Source: a virus (taxonomy: Duplodnaviria > Caudoviricetes). From it: a stretch of 61,670 nt of DNA. The translations under genes were made by a program, and so were the position numbers. Positions within the stretch are counted from its first letter, which is position 1, and the number at the start of each line of letters is the position of its first letter. Shown one piece after another: positions 47,259 to 57,169 of the stretch. The notes below the pieces were generated by a model that made no database searches, was not told where the DNA came from, and was given only the letters and a program-made list of their open reading frames with translations. The stretch is taken from positions 1-61,670 of the IMG/VR virus record IMGVR_UViG_3300042402_004691; one strand, given 5' to 3'.

Positions 47259-49037
47259 ATGGCAGAAGAAACTGATAGAAACTTTTTTGGTAGATTAAAG
47301 AAATTATTTTCAACAACTGCAATCGTAAGGATTGATAAGGAAGGTAACCGAAAGGTTGTAGATGTTGAGGAACGTCAAACAAACACAAACCTTTTACAAC
47401 TAAAAGATAGATATACCAAACTACAACGCTCTTTTTACGAAACGCATGCAGGTGCTCAATCGATGGCGTATCATCAGGTTCGTAAAGAACTATTTAGAGA
47501 TTATGATGCAATGGATAATGACCCAATCATTTCTTCTGCATTGGATATATATGCGGATGAGAGTACAACTAAAAATGAGTTTGGTGATGTATTACAAATC
47601 CGCTCATCAAATGAAAATGTAAGAGAAATACTACATAACCTATTCTATGATATTATAAATATTGAATTTAATCTCTGGCCTTGGACAAGAAACATGGTAA
47701 AGTATGGTGACTTCTTTTTAGGACTGGAAATTGCAGAAGGTAAGGGAGTTATAAATGTAATACCACAATCGGTATATTATAGTGAAAGAGTTGAGGGAGG
47801 AGACCCTAACAATGCAAACTCTGTAAAGTTTAAGGTAGAGCAGGATAGAACTGGTAAACTTGAATGGGAGAACTATGAAATGGCTCACTTCCGTTTATTA
47901 TCGGACACTAACTTTCTCCCATACGGTAAATCTATGATTGAAGGTGGTAGAAGGATTTGGAAGCAATTATCCCTAATGGAAGATGCGATGCTAATCCATA
48001 GAATTATGAGAGCACCTGAAAAGAGGGTATTTAAGATTGATATAGGTAATATACCACCGCAAGAAGTGGATAACTATATGCAGAAGATTGTGAATAAAAT
48101 GAAGAAGGTTCCCTTTGTAAATAAAGATACCGGCGATTATAACTTAAAATATAATATGCAAAATCTAACGGAGGACTTTTATTTACCGGTTAGAGGGGGT
48201 GATAGTGGAACATCTATTGAAAACCTAACAGGATTAGAATATGCTGCAACAGAGGATATTGAATTTTTACAGAAGAAATTATTTGCAGCACTTAGAGTTC
48301 CAAAAGCGTATTTATCTTATGATGAAAATATAAATGGTAAGGCTACCCTAGCGGCAGAAGATGTAAGATTTGCAAGAACGATTGAAAGAATACAGAGAAC
48401 CATCGTAAGTGAGTTGACGAAAATTGCAATAGTTCACTTAGCAGCTCAAGGGATTGATGATGCTGAAATGGTAAATTTTGATTTATCATTAACAAATGCA
48501 TCTACTATATATGAGCAAGAAAAAGTAAATCTTTGGTCTGAAAAGGTAAGATTGGCAACCGATATGGCGGCATTAAAGATGTTATCTAAAGAGTGGGTTT
48601 ACTCCAATGTATTTGGTATGAGTAACGATGAAATGGATGATGAGAGAGGTAAAATAGTAAATGACTTGAAGGATACATTCCGTTACAACTCTATAGAGAA
48701 TGACGGTAACGATCCAGCAGCTCAACCAGAACCAACAAAAGTGGAGGAAGAGTTGGAAGAATTAAAAAGAGAAATCTCAAACAGAGGATCTGGTGGAGCT
48801 GAAGGTGGTAGACCTAGAGAAGGTAACACCTATGGTAAGGATAAACATCCGTATGGTAGAGACCCATTGGGTGATAAAGAAAACCATACAGAAAGGAAGA
48901 GAGAAAACTACAATGGAGTAAGTAATAAAAAAATAGCACGTGAATATATAAATGGAATTTCATCAAAAAAGAAAATAATTATAGAAAAAAGTAACCTTTT
49001 AGATGAAAAAAATTTGTTAGATGATGATAAAATTTAA
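47259..49037 (+). CDS. Portal protein (T4 gp20-like)
   Basis: LMEDAMLIHRIMRAPEKRVFKIDIGN, EDFYLPVRGG, L.AALRVPK motifs. Confidence 0.95.
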   Translation: MAEETDRNFFGRLKKLFSTTAIVRIDKEGNRKVVDVEERQTNTNLLQLKDRYTKLQRSFYETHAGAQSMAYHQVRKELFRDYDAMDNDPIISSALDIYADESTTKNEFGDVLQIRSSNENVREILHNLFYDIINIEFNLWPWTRNMVKYGDFFLGLEIAEGKGVINVIPQSVYYSERVEGGDPNNANSVKFKVEQDRTGKLEWENYEMAHFRLLSDTNFLPYGKSMIEGGRRIWKQLSLMEDAMLIHRIMRAPEKRVFKIDIGNIPPQEVDNYMQKIVNKMKKVPFVNKDTGDYNLKYNMQNLTEDFYLPVRGGDSGTSIENLTGLEYAATEDIEFLQKKLFAALRVPKAYLSYDENINGKATLAAEDVRFARTIERIQRTIVSELTKIAIVHLAAQGIDDAEMVNFDLSLTNASTIYEQEKVNLWSEKVRLATDMAALKMLSKEWVYSNVFGMSNDEMDDERGKIVNDLKDTFRYNSIENDGNDPAAQPEPTKVEEELEELKREISNRGSGGAEGGRPREGNTYGKDKHPYGRDPLGDKENHTERKRENYNGVSNKKIAREYINGISSKKKIIIEKSNLLDEKNLLDDDKI

Positions 49038-49104
49038 CAAACATAAAAATTATTATATTTATATGTGTTATATAGAATTCTAAAACAAAATATAGGGTAA
49101 TTAA

Positions 49105-49980
49105 ATGAAAAGAATTAAGCACTCAAAAGTGAAGAACACTGGGGTGTTATTTGAATTATTAGTAAGACAGATAACATTGGAGGTTCTAAACGGAGATAAA
49201 ACGGAAAATGCAAAGAAGATTGTTAAAGAATTCTTTGCACCAGGAAAAGAGTTAAATAACGAATTACGTCTTTATGAATTATTATTAAAGGAAAAGTATA
49301 GCTCTGAAGTTAGAGCTGAAAAGTTTGTTGATACTGTATGTGAAGCATATAATAAGTTAAATCCCAATAAACTAAACAAAGAAAAATACAATTTAATAAA
49401 ATCAATTAAAGAGAATTTTGACGTAGAACAATTTCTTTCTTCCCCTATAAGTAATTACAAAGTTCTTGCTTCAATATATAAAGTATTTGAGTCAAAGAAA
49501 TTACAAAATTACGATGTAAAAGATGTATTTAATTCTAAAATTAGTATTATAGAAAATATAACATCAAAGCCATCTATTAAAAAATCTAATGAGAGTGATG
49601 AAGCGGCTGAATTGGTTGAAATGTATAAGAAGCAAGATAAGGATATTCGTTTATTGACTTACAAAATCCTTATAGAAACTTTTAATGAGAAGTACACCAA
49701 TTTAGATGTAAAACAAAAAGAAATATTAAGAGAGTATATAAATAATATCAGTAACACTTCTAAATTTAAGGATTATTTTTCAGTAGAATTGAAAAAATCC
49801 ATAAATGAACTAACTGATTTGAATAAGAAAATCTGCGATGCCGTTACTAATATAAAATTAAACGAAACCATTTCAGTACTAAAATCTCAAAAAATTGGAA
49901 AAAGTGTAAGTGATGAACAAGTTTCAGTACTAATGCTATCTAAAGAGTTAGTTAAAGAACTAAAATCAAAACTAAAATGA
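49105..49980 (+). CDS. Hypothetical head-module protein
   Basis: 291-aa ORF after the portal, KHSKVKNTGVLFELL start. Confidence 0.75.
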   Translation: MKRIKHSKVKNTGVLFELLVRQITLEVLNGDKTENAKKIVKEFFAPGKELNNELRLYELLLKEKYSSEVRAEKFVDTVCEAYNKLNPNKLNKEKYNLIKSIKENFDVEQFLSSPISNYKVLASIYKVFESKKLQNYDVKDVFNSKISIIENITSKPSIKKSNESDEAAELVEMYKKQDKDIRLLTYKILIETFNEKYTNLDVKQKEILREYINNISNTSKFKDYFSVELKKSINELTDLNKKICDAVTNIKLNETISVLKSQKIGKSVSDEQVSVLMLSKELVKELKSKLK

Positions 49981-50417
49981 ATTCAGCTAAGTTAAAGGAA
50001 ATCATACGAACTATTATTGGTGAAATCCAGAGTGAAGAAGAAATTGAAGAGGTTTCAACTACCGGCAGTGTATCTGGATATAATACTCCAAAAGCATTCG
50101 GTAAGGCTGGTGATGAAAAGGAAAAGGCTAAACGAATGGCTAAATCTGCTGGATACTCTGTAGTACATGAAGTAACTAATAGATATCATCAACTACGAAA
50201 GGAAGATGCAACTCCAAATCAAAAAATTGGTGTTGGTATTCGTAATATGAGAACTCAATTGGAAGAAATTGAAAAGTTTGTTGAATGGTATTCTAAAATA
50301 AAAACAGAAAGTGACTTGAACGGGTCCGATTATTGGAAACGAACTCAAAAACACTTAAATGTTATTAGAGAAAGATTAAATAAAATCTCACAAAAAATAC
50401 AAAACTTATCAGTATAA
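49977..50417 (+). CDS. Putative prohead core / internal protein
   Basis: LKEIIR..I.E leader, EEIEE|VSTTG.V.GY.TP.AF module. Confidence 0.65.
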   Translation: MNSAKLKEIIRTIIGEIQSEEEIEEVSTTGSVSGYNTPKAFGKAGDEKEKAKRMAKSAGYSVVHEVTNRYHQLRKEDATPNQKIGVGIRNMRTQLEEIEKFVEWYSKIKTESDLNGSDYWKRTQKHLNVIRERLNKISQKIQNLSV

Positions 50418-50959
50418 TGAAATTATCTCAATTAAAAGAAGAAATACGAAATATAATTAGAGAAGTAAAATTAGAAGAAGGTTTTACCAATCCTAAAGTA
50501 TCCAATCCAACTGAATTAGCTAAAATTGTGTTGGGTTGGTTTGATTTTTATACTGATTACATTGATGATGGTGGGCAGAGAAGACGAGCAATACAAAAGA
50601 ATGATAATACGCTAGAATGGTTCGGTTCTCATCCAGTAGATGTTAAGGAGAAAGCTTACAAGATAATCTTAGCACAAGCTAAAGGAGATAAATCTAAAAT
50701 TGAAAGAACTTTTGGTAAACATCTAAAAGAAGTAGTAACCGAAGAAAAGAAATACGACATCGGTTCTGGTTGGATGGGTAATGGTTTAACTATTTGGAAT
50801 AGAGCTGAAGAAAAAAATGGTGAATATAAAATAATTGCTCATATCAGTAAAGATGGAACACTAAAGATTTACGATAAGGCGTTGCCAAACGATATTAAGA
50901 AGATGTTTCAAATGTGGGCAGATACTATGAAAAAAGGTGATAGACCTGGTACATACTAA
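50417..50959 (+). CDS. Putative internal head protein (two modules)
   Basis: MKLSQLKEEIRNIIRE leader; LEE and VTEE junctions. Confidence 0.65.
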   Translation: MKLSQLKEEIRNIIREVKLEEGFTNPKVSNPTELAKIVLGWFDFYTDYIDDGGQRRRAIQKNDNTLEWFGSHPVDVKEKAYKIILAQAKGDKSKIERTFGKHLKEVVTEEKKYDIGSGWMGNGLTIWNRAEEKNGEYKIIAHISKDGTLKIYDKALPNDIKKMFQMWADTMKKGDRPGTY

Positions 50960-50983
50960 CAATAAAATAAAAACAATACAGAA

Positions 50984-53317
50984 ATGAATAAAGAAACTTT
51001 GAAAGAGCTGGTAAAAAACATTTTGGGCGAAGAGTCTGAATATAAAGAATTTTTCAAAAAAGCATTAGATAAGGCTGGAAAATCTATACCTGATATGAGT
51101 GATGACGAGAAAAAAGCATTCTTCACTAAAATTGATGCCGCATGGGATGGTAAGGGTGAGAAGAAAACTGAAGGAAATACTTTCGGTGCAGAAAGAGCTA
51201 AAGCTATTGCCAGTGGTGATGACTCATTTAAGGTTGATGGAAAACCTTTCAAAGTAACTGGAGTTGATGCTGAAGATAAAGAAAATGCTGAAAAGTTTGC
51301 AAACGAAAGTGAATTACCCGCAGCAACATTACCAGCTTCAATCAAAGCAAAGTTAAGTATGGCTGTTGATAAAATTAAAGACTCTAAATTATCCTATAAC
51401 CAAAAAGTTCAAGTAGTTGGACAGGTAATGGATGGTTTGGGTATTGATAAGAGTGAGTTCACTAAAATGAGTTCAAAGTTAAAAGGTGCTATGGATGCTT
51501 CAAACGAAGGAAATACTTTTGGTGCAGAAAGAGCTAAGGCAATTGCTAAAGGTGATGACTCGTTTAAGGTTGATGGTAAACCTTTCAAAGTGACTGGAGT
51601 TGATGCTGAAGATAAAGAAAACGCTGAAAAGTTTTCTAACGAAAGTATTGTAAAAGAAGCTTCAGAGCCATTAAAGTTAAAAGGTATTAAAATTAACAAA
51701 AAGAGTGATATTACTTTTATTTTAGAAATTAGTTTCCTTATTGGTGAAGAAGTTGTTATTAGTTATTTAACTACTGGAACACAACAGGATGCACAAAAAC
51801 TAAAAAGTAAAATTGAAAAAGCATTCAATGCTGGAAAAATAGTTTCTCCATCAGGTATCGGTTATTACGCATACAATGAGTCAGTAATGAACGAAGAAAA
51901 ATATACTGTAATTGACCCAAATGGTAATCAAATGGGAGCTAGTGATAAAATGCAAGCTACAATGATTGCTAAGAAAAAGGGTGGTGAGAAAGCTGGATAC
52001 TTTGTAGTTTCTAATAAAAACGCATTGAAGGCTAGAAGAGCATTGGAAAAGTTTAAGGGAGATTTCACAAATCCAAAACTTAAAGATATGATGGCTGACC
52101 TTTTCTATGAGTCCGTAAACGAAGATTACGATGGACCTGCTATATTAAAAACTGGTGATAAAAACGCACTTAAAGTAGGTGAAACAATAACTATGAATAC
52201 AGGCGGTAAGAAAAAAGAATATAAAGTAGTAAAATCAAATGGTAATGGTGATTTTGTTCTACATTTAGTAGAGTCAGTAGAAGAAGCAACCACATCATCT
52301 GCACCTGGAGAATGGGTAGCATATTTATCAATGACAAGAGGTAAAAAGTTATTAAACACTTTTGATACCGCTAGAGGTGCTAAGCAGTTTTTAAGTAAAA
52401 ATGTGGATAAATTATTGGGTGGTGCTAATGTTGAGAGTGTAGGTATAATGACCAAACAACAATGGGATGAGAGAGAAGCCAAATACGCAGTAGAAGGTGT
52501 AAACGAAGCTGTTGATGTTAAAGCTGGGGGATATCGTCTTGTATCAAAACCTGATGAAGGAGTTAAACTATATTATGGTGGTAAAGTAATTGCAACCGGA
52601 TTTTATGATATGGATGATTGGTATTTTTGGATGAAGCATTCTAATTGGAAAGGAAGTGATATGGGATTTAATAATCCTAAAGAGATAATCAACTATTTTA
52701 GAGCAAAAAAGATTACAACCGAGTCAGTAAACGAAGCAGCAAAACCAACTATTAAAGTTGTAAATAAACTTAAAAATGAAGAAGGTATCCAGATAGTAGT
52801 AACTAAAACTACTGATGGTGATACAATGTATGGTGGGTTTGTAGTTCGTGGTAAACTTCAAAAAGTTATTCCAGTTGGTGCAAATAGTTCTAAAGAAGGT
52901 GTTAAAAAGAGAGCATTACAGATTTGGGACGAATTTGGAAAACAATTGGGTGAGAAGATAAACGAGGATAAAATTGACTGGGCAGATTTTTACAAAATGG
53001 CTAAAGATACTTCAGGATACAATCCTAATTTTGAAAAAAAATATGGAAAGGTATTGAGTAGACCTCATGTTGCAGATGCAGTAAAAACAGCAAAAGATTT
53101 CAAATCATTTATGCAATTTATACAAAAATTTGAAAACATAAACGAAGGAAATGCTTTTGGAATGGCGGTAACTGCGGCTAAAAAAGAAGGATTGAAAGAG
53201 TTTGAGTTTAACGGAAAAATGTATAAAGTTAAGCAAGGTTCTTATGAGAAAAACGAAGCCGCTAAAAAGCCAGTAGTTTTATCTGGATTTACTTTAGTGC
53301 CTGAAAAGAAAAAATAA
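50984..53317 (+). CDS. Modular polyprotein with ESVNE-type linkers and an internal 47-aa duplication
   Basis: About ten modules separated by ESVNE/ESVEE/EGVNE/EKINE/ENINE. Confidence 0.75.
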   Translation: MNKETLKELVKNILGEESEYKEFFKKALDKAGKSIPDMSDDEKKAFFTKIDAAWDGKGEKKTEGNTFGAERAKAIASGDDSFKVDGKPFKVTGVDAEDKENAEKFANESELPAATLPASIKAKLSMAVDKIKDSKLSYNQKVQVVGQVMDGLGIDKSEFTKMSSKLKGAMDASNEGNTFGAERAKAIAKGDDSFKVDGKPFKVTGVDAEDKENAEKFSNESIVKEASEPLKLKGIKINKKSDITFILEISFLIGEEVVISYLTTGTQQDAQKLKSKIEKAFNAGKIVSPSGIGYYAYNESVMNEEKYTVIDPNGNQMGASDKMQATMIAKKKGGEKAGYFVVSNKNALKARRALEKFKGDFTNPKLKDMMADLFYESVNEDYDGPAILKTGDKNALKVGETITMNTGGKKKEYKVVKSNGNGDFVLHLVESVEEATTSSAPGEWVAYLSMTRGKKLLNTFDTARGAKQFLSKNVDKLLGGANVESVGIMTKQQWDEREAKYAVEGVNEAVDVKAGGYRLVSKPDEGVKLYYGGKVIATGFYDMDDWYFWMKHSNWKGSDMGFNNPKEIINYFRAKKITTESVNEAAKPTIKVVNKLKNEEGIQIVVTKTTDGDTMYGGFVVRGKLQKVIPVGANSSKEGVKKRALQIWDEFGKQLGEKINEDKIDWADFYKMAKDTSGYNPNFEKKYGKVLSRPHVADAVKTAKDFKSFMQFIQKFENINEGNAFGMAVTAAKKEGLKEFEFNGKMYKVKQGSYEKNEAAKKPVVLSGFTLVPEKKK
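51170..51646 (+). repeat. 141-bp direct repeat pair (51170-51310 and 51506-51646)
   Basis: Both encode EGNTFGAERAKAIAxGDDSFKVDGKPFKVTGVDAEDKENAEKFxNES; differences mostly synonymous. Confidence 0.95.
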
Positions 53318-53352
53318 GTTATAGCTAAATAATATTTATTTATTATGTGTAA

Positions 53353-53577
53353 TTGGAAACTTCACCATATAACTATCTAGCATTTAAGTTAGTATTAACT
53401 AATTCTATAATAGAAAACTTTATTATAGATAACAATATTGACATTTTAGCTTTTGTAGCCTATATTAGGAAAACAAATGATGTAGAGACCAGATTTATAA
53501 AAAATACAATAAACAATAAAAATGATATTTATTATAAAGAAATTTTGATAAGTAGATTTAGAAAACTAAATAAATAA
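53353..53577 (+). CDS. Possible small hypothetical protein
   Basis: TTG-start 74-aa ORF filling the gap, ATATTTAT at 53332; very AT-rich. Confidence 0.4.
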   Translation: METSPYNYLAFKLVLTNSIIENFIIDNNIDILAFVAYIRKTNDVETRFIKNTINNKNDIYYKEILISRFRKLNK

Positions 53578-53579
53578 AA

Positions 53580-54176
53580 ATGAATAAGGGATTATTAATA
53601 GAAACTCAATTATTTGAAGGCAAAGTTCAAGAAGATGCTAGTGGTAGAGTCTTGGTAAACGGAGTTTTACAGAGAGCTGGTGCAGAAAACCAAAATGGTA
53701 GAGTGTATCCTAAATCCATTCTTGAAAGAGAAGCTAAAAAGTATGAGCAACTAATTAAAGAGAGAAGAGCATTGGGGGAATTAGACCATCCAGACTCTTC
53801 AGTAATCAACTTAAAAAATGTATCACACAACATTAGAGAAATACATTGGGAAGGTGATGATTTAGTTGGAACTGTTGAAATACTCCCTACTCCATCTGGT
53901 AACATTCTAAAAGAGTTATTGAACGCTGGAATACTTTTGGGTATATCATCTAGAGGTATGGGTTCAACTAAACCTGTTGGAGGTAATAAGGTGGAGGTTC
54001 AAGAAGACTTTGAATTAGTTGGTTGGGATTTCGTATCTAACCCTTCAACTCATGGTGCATTTATGAGACCTATGAATGAGAGTGTGAGTAAAAAACTGCA
54101 AGAGCAGACGAATGTATGTGGAGATTATTGCAGAGCGCAAGACCTTATGAGAGAAATAATAACTGAAATTGGATAA
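53580..54176 (+). CDS. Prohead maturation protease (T4 gp21-like)
   Basis: NQNGRVYP, ALGELDHP, NVSH, TPSG, GISSRGMG, DFVSNPS motifs. Confidence 0.95.
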   Translation: MNKGLLIETQLFEGKVQEDASGRVLVNGVLQRAGAENQNGRVYPKSILEREAKKYEQLIKERRALGELDHPDSSVINLKNVSHNIREIHWEGDDLVGTVEILPTPSGNILKELLNAGILLGISSRGMGSTKPVGGNKVEVQEDFELVGWDFVSNPSTHGAFMRPMNESVSKKLQEQTNVCGDYCRAQDLMREIITEIG

Positions 54177-54180
54177 CAAA

Positions 54181-54915
54181 ATGGCAAGAGAAGAATTTGA
54201 TATATATAATTATGTTCATAAGAACAAATTTAACTTAAAAGTTGAAGAACCTGCTCATGCAACTAAAGTTGCTAAAGCGTATAATGATATTCGTAAAACC
54301 AACATCAATGAAATTAAAATTGTTGATGGTAAGTTTTCATTATCAGAGTCATTAAGTTCTAATACAGATAGACCATTTGCAACTGAAGTTAAAAAGCACT
54401 TTTTGGAAATCATTTCTACATACACATCATTCCACGAACAAATGAAGAGAAACTCTGACATTGTGGAAACTGCTGATACATTAGGTGGTGTAATTGAGGC
54501 TGCTAAAACTCTCACATTGAAAGAAGCTGGTGATTGGTTTGATAAAGTAACGGTGAAGCGTAACATGAAAGAATTGGATAGGCTGGATACATCATTTGAT
54601 AAGGTAGCAAAAGAAGCCAGAGCATTAGACCAAAGATTACACGCACTTTACGAAGATATGGGTAACATTTTGGGAAGATACTACGAAATCTCAGACTTAG
54701 ATCCTAATGTAATGAGAGAGAGATTGGGATTAAAAGAAAAAGTTGAAGAGTCTGTATATAGTGTAGTTGTATCACAGAATGGTAAAAAGATTGGCAAGAA
54801 AACTGCATCTAAATCTCAATTAAAAGAAACTGTTTCTAGATTAAAATCAAAATATACTAACTCTACCATTTCTATATTAAATGAGAGTGGTAAGGTTGTA
54901 AAGATTGTAAAATAA
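54181..54915 (+). CDS. Hypothetical head-module protein
   Basis: ATG at 54181 after the protease stop; LYEDMGNILGRYYEI; appended module after VEE|S. Confidence 0.7.
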   Translation: MAREEFDIYNYVHKNKFNLKVEEPAHATKVAKAYNDIRKTNINEIKIVDGKFSLSESLSSNTDRPFATEVKKHFLEIISTYTSFHEQMKRNSDIVETADTLGGVIEAAKTLTLKEAGDWFDKVTVKRNMKELDRLDTSFDKVAKEARALDQRLHALYEDMGNILGRYYEISDLDPNVMRERLGLKEKVEESVYSVVVSQNGKKIGKKTASKSQLKETVSRLKSKYTNSTISILNESGKVVKIVK

Positions 54916-54922
54916 TATACCG

Positions 54923-55732
54923 ATGATAAAATTAGGTGGTTTAATTAAAGAAGCATTGGGAAAGCCAGGACAACTAATCCCAAATCCTTATGCTCGAGCA
55001 TTTGCTCCTATAAAAGAAGCAGATGAGGATCATGAAGTTAAAATGGCTCAAGGGCAGTTGGATTACATTATAAAAACCGCTAATGAATTAAAACAAAAGC
55101 TGGGAAATGCTGAAAAGAATATTCCAGGTTGGATACAAGACCATATAAGTAAAGCACATAGTTATTTACACCAATCCAATTCAGGTTATCACGAATACAA
55201 TGGTGGTATGAACGAAGAGGCACCGTGTTGGAAAGGATATAAGCAAGTTGGTATGAAAGATAAGGGTGGTAGACAAGTTCCAAATTGTGTACCTAATGAG
55301 TCTGTAGTGAATGAGAGTGATTATAACTTCGGTTCTACGGAGTACACACTTAAAAATATGACTCCATCTCAAATACAGGATTTGGCATTAGCGTATCAAC
55401 AAGCAAATATTACTAGAATAACTGGAAAAACTATGGATGGTAGAATTAGAGCTTCTAGGGATTTGGCTAGGTTAGTTGGTAAAAACCCAATAAAACCTGA
55501 TGAAAAATCTAAAGAACCCGCTTTATTACTACAACTATATAAATCAAAACTTATTAGTTTGGATGATTATAAAAAATTATATAATGAATTATTGACTAAG
55601 TTGAAAAGCGTAAATGCAAAATATATATTAAAGTATGATCCAGCTGGTAGAAATGATAAAACACTTGATAAAGTGTTGGCAAAAGCAGCCGCTAAAGCAG
55701 ATATGAGGCAAGATTTTAATTATAGGAGATAA
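54923..55732 (+). CDS. Modular putative internal head protein
   Basis: MIKLGGLIKE leader; modules DHEVKMAQ..., APCWKGYKQVGMK...VPNCVP and a third after ESVVNE. Confidence 0.7.
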   Translation: MIKLGGLIKEALGKPGQLIPNPYARAFAPIKEADEDHEVKMAQGQLDYIIKTANELKQKLGNAEKNIPGWIQDHISKAHSYLHQSNSGYHEYNGGMNEEAPCWKGYKQVGMKDKGGRQVPNCVPNESVVNESDYNFGSTEYTLKNMTPSQIQDLALAYQQANITRITGKTMDGRIRASRDLARLVGKNPIKPDEKSKEPALLLQLYKSKLISLDDYKKLYNELLTKLKSVNAKYILKYDPAGRNDKTLDKVLAKAAAKADMRQDFNYRR

Positions 55733-55744
55733 ATTAAAAAATTG

Positions 55745-55772
55745 AAAAGGTTTGGAAATCCAAACCTTTTTT
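55745..55772 (+). terminator. Intrinsic terminator overlapping a -33 element
   Basis: AAAAGGTTTGG AAAT CCAAACCTTTT plus T-run. Confidence 0.75.
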
Positions 55773-55782
55773 CGTATATTTG
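55751..55782 (+). promoter_or_regulatory. Bacteroidota-type promoter, probably leaderless transcript
   Basis: TTTGG(55751) ... TATATTTG(55775-55782), ATG at 55788. Confidence 0.75.
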
Positions 55783-55787
55783 TGGGT

Positions 55788-57128
55788 ATGAATATAAAAC
55801 CATTTTCCATATTAGATACGAGAACTAAAGAGTGGCAGGATAGAAAGCGGTGGTGGATACGAACCCATAACATCCAGTCCGAATTAGGTAGAGAGGAGAC
55901 TCAATCCAATAGTAAGTTTTGGGAAACTGATGAAGTATCTGTATCCATATTTGATGCTACTCTATGTGAGTTGATGTATAAGTGGTTTGTTCCAAAGGGT
56001 GGTAAGGTATTGGACCCATTTGCGGGTGGTAGTGTTAGAGGTATAGTTGCGGAGGAAAGTGGATACGAATACATCGGCATAGATATATCCACAACACAGA
56101 TAGAAGCGAATAAATTACAATCTTCTAAACCAACCTATTTCGAAGGTGATAGTGAGGTTCTGTTGCAAACCCATATACCGAATGGTTCTGTTGATTTTGT
56201 CTTCACCTGCCCCCCTTATTATGATTTAGAGGTATACTCCAATAATCCCAACGATTTATCCAATTTATCCGTAGAAGATTTTGATAAAAAATATCGTTCC
56301 ATACTCAAAAAATCTGCGGATAAGTTAAAAGATAACCGATTTTTTAGTGTAGTGGTAAGTGAAGTGAGGGAGCAATCCGTAACTGGAAATTACAAAATTG
56401 GAAAGTACAAAGGGTTAGTTTGGAAAACGATACAATTTTTAGAGGAGTGTGGATTATCATTCTATAACGATATGGTACTCTTTAATTCACAACATCAAGC
56501 ATCTAGAGTAGTGGATACTTATTTTGAGAGAAACCGAAAGGTGGCATCGGTGCATCAAAACATATTGGTATTTGTGAAAGGTAATCCTGATATAGCAACC
56601 GAAGTCATAAAAAATGGTGATAACTTTGTGTGTAGAGTAAACGGAACTCCATATCGTTCATTTAGAGAAGCTGCAATCCATATAAATCCAAATGAGTTGG
56701 TAGCAACTGAAGTCCAAAGAAGGTGTCTCTCTACCAAATCCAAATACAAAGAGTGGCAGATAATTGGTGAAGAAACCAAACCCGTAATACGATATGAGAT
56801 TGATGGGATACCATTTGAGTCACCATTACAAATGACGGATTTAATTGGAGGTGATATTACAGAAGGTCAAATAAGAGGTTGGATAAACTCAAACAATCCA
56901 CAATGGAGACATTGGAAAGTGGTAGATGATGGGAAGTGGGATATTACCTATGATGAAATGGAAACCCTATGGGGAGAAGATATTCGGTTTGAGTTACCTA
57001 TTATAGAATGTGATGGTAGAGAGTTCATTTCACAAAAAGATGCGGCAGAATACTTTGGTATAAGTGTTGAAAGGGTTAGACAAAAACTGAAATCGGACAA
57101 ACATACCGATTGGAAATATCTTTTTTAG
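55788..57128 (+). CDS. Amino (N6A/N4C) DNA methyltransferase with three C-terminal NUMOD1/IENR1-like repeats
   Basis: VLDPFAGG motif I, TCPPYY motif IV; three (V/I/C)(N/D)G..(Y/F).S...helix...W repeats. Confidence 0.8.
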   Translation: MNIKPFSILDTRTKEWQDRKRWWIRTHNIQSELGREETQSNSKFWETDEVSVSIFDATLCELMYKWFVPKGGKVLDPFAGGSVRGIVAEESGYEYIGIDISTTQIEANKLQSSKPTYFEGDSEVLLQTHIPNGSVDFVFTCPPYYDLEVYSNNPNDLSNLSVEDFDKKYRSILKKSADKLKDNRFFSVVVSEVREQSVTGNYKIGKYKGLVWKTIQFLEECGLSFYNDMVLFNSQHQASRVVDTYFERNRKVASVHQNILVFVKGNPDIATEVIKNGDNFVCRVNGTPYRSFREAAIHINPNELVATEVQRRCLSTKSKYKEWQIIGEETKPVIRYEIDGIPFESPLQMTDLIGGDITEGQIRGWINSNNPQWRHWKVVDDGKWDITYDEMETLWGEDIRFELPIIECDGREFISQKDAAEYFGISVERVRQKLKSDKHTDWKYLF

Positions 57129-57169
57129 AAACTAATATATTTATATCTATAAAATAAACAGATATAAGT

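Noticed and set aside
51878-52736. Recurring 16-19 bp sequences as a CRISPR array
   Set aside because: Too short and degenerate, spacers 150-220 bp, all in frame within one ORF, no cas genes
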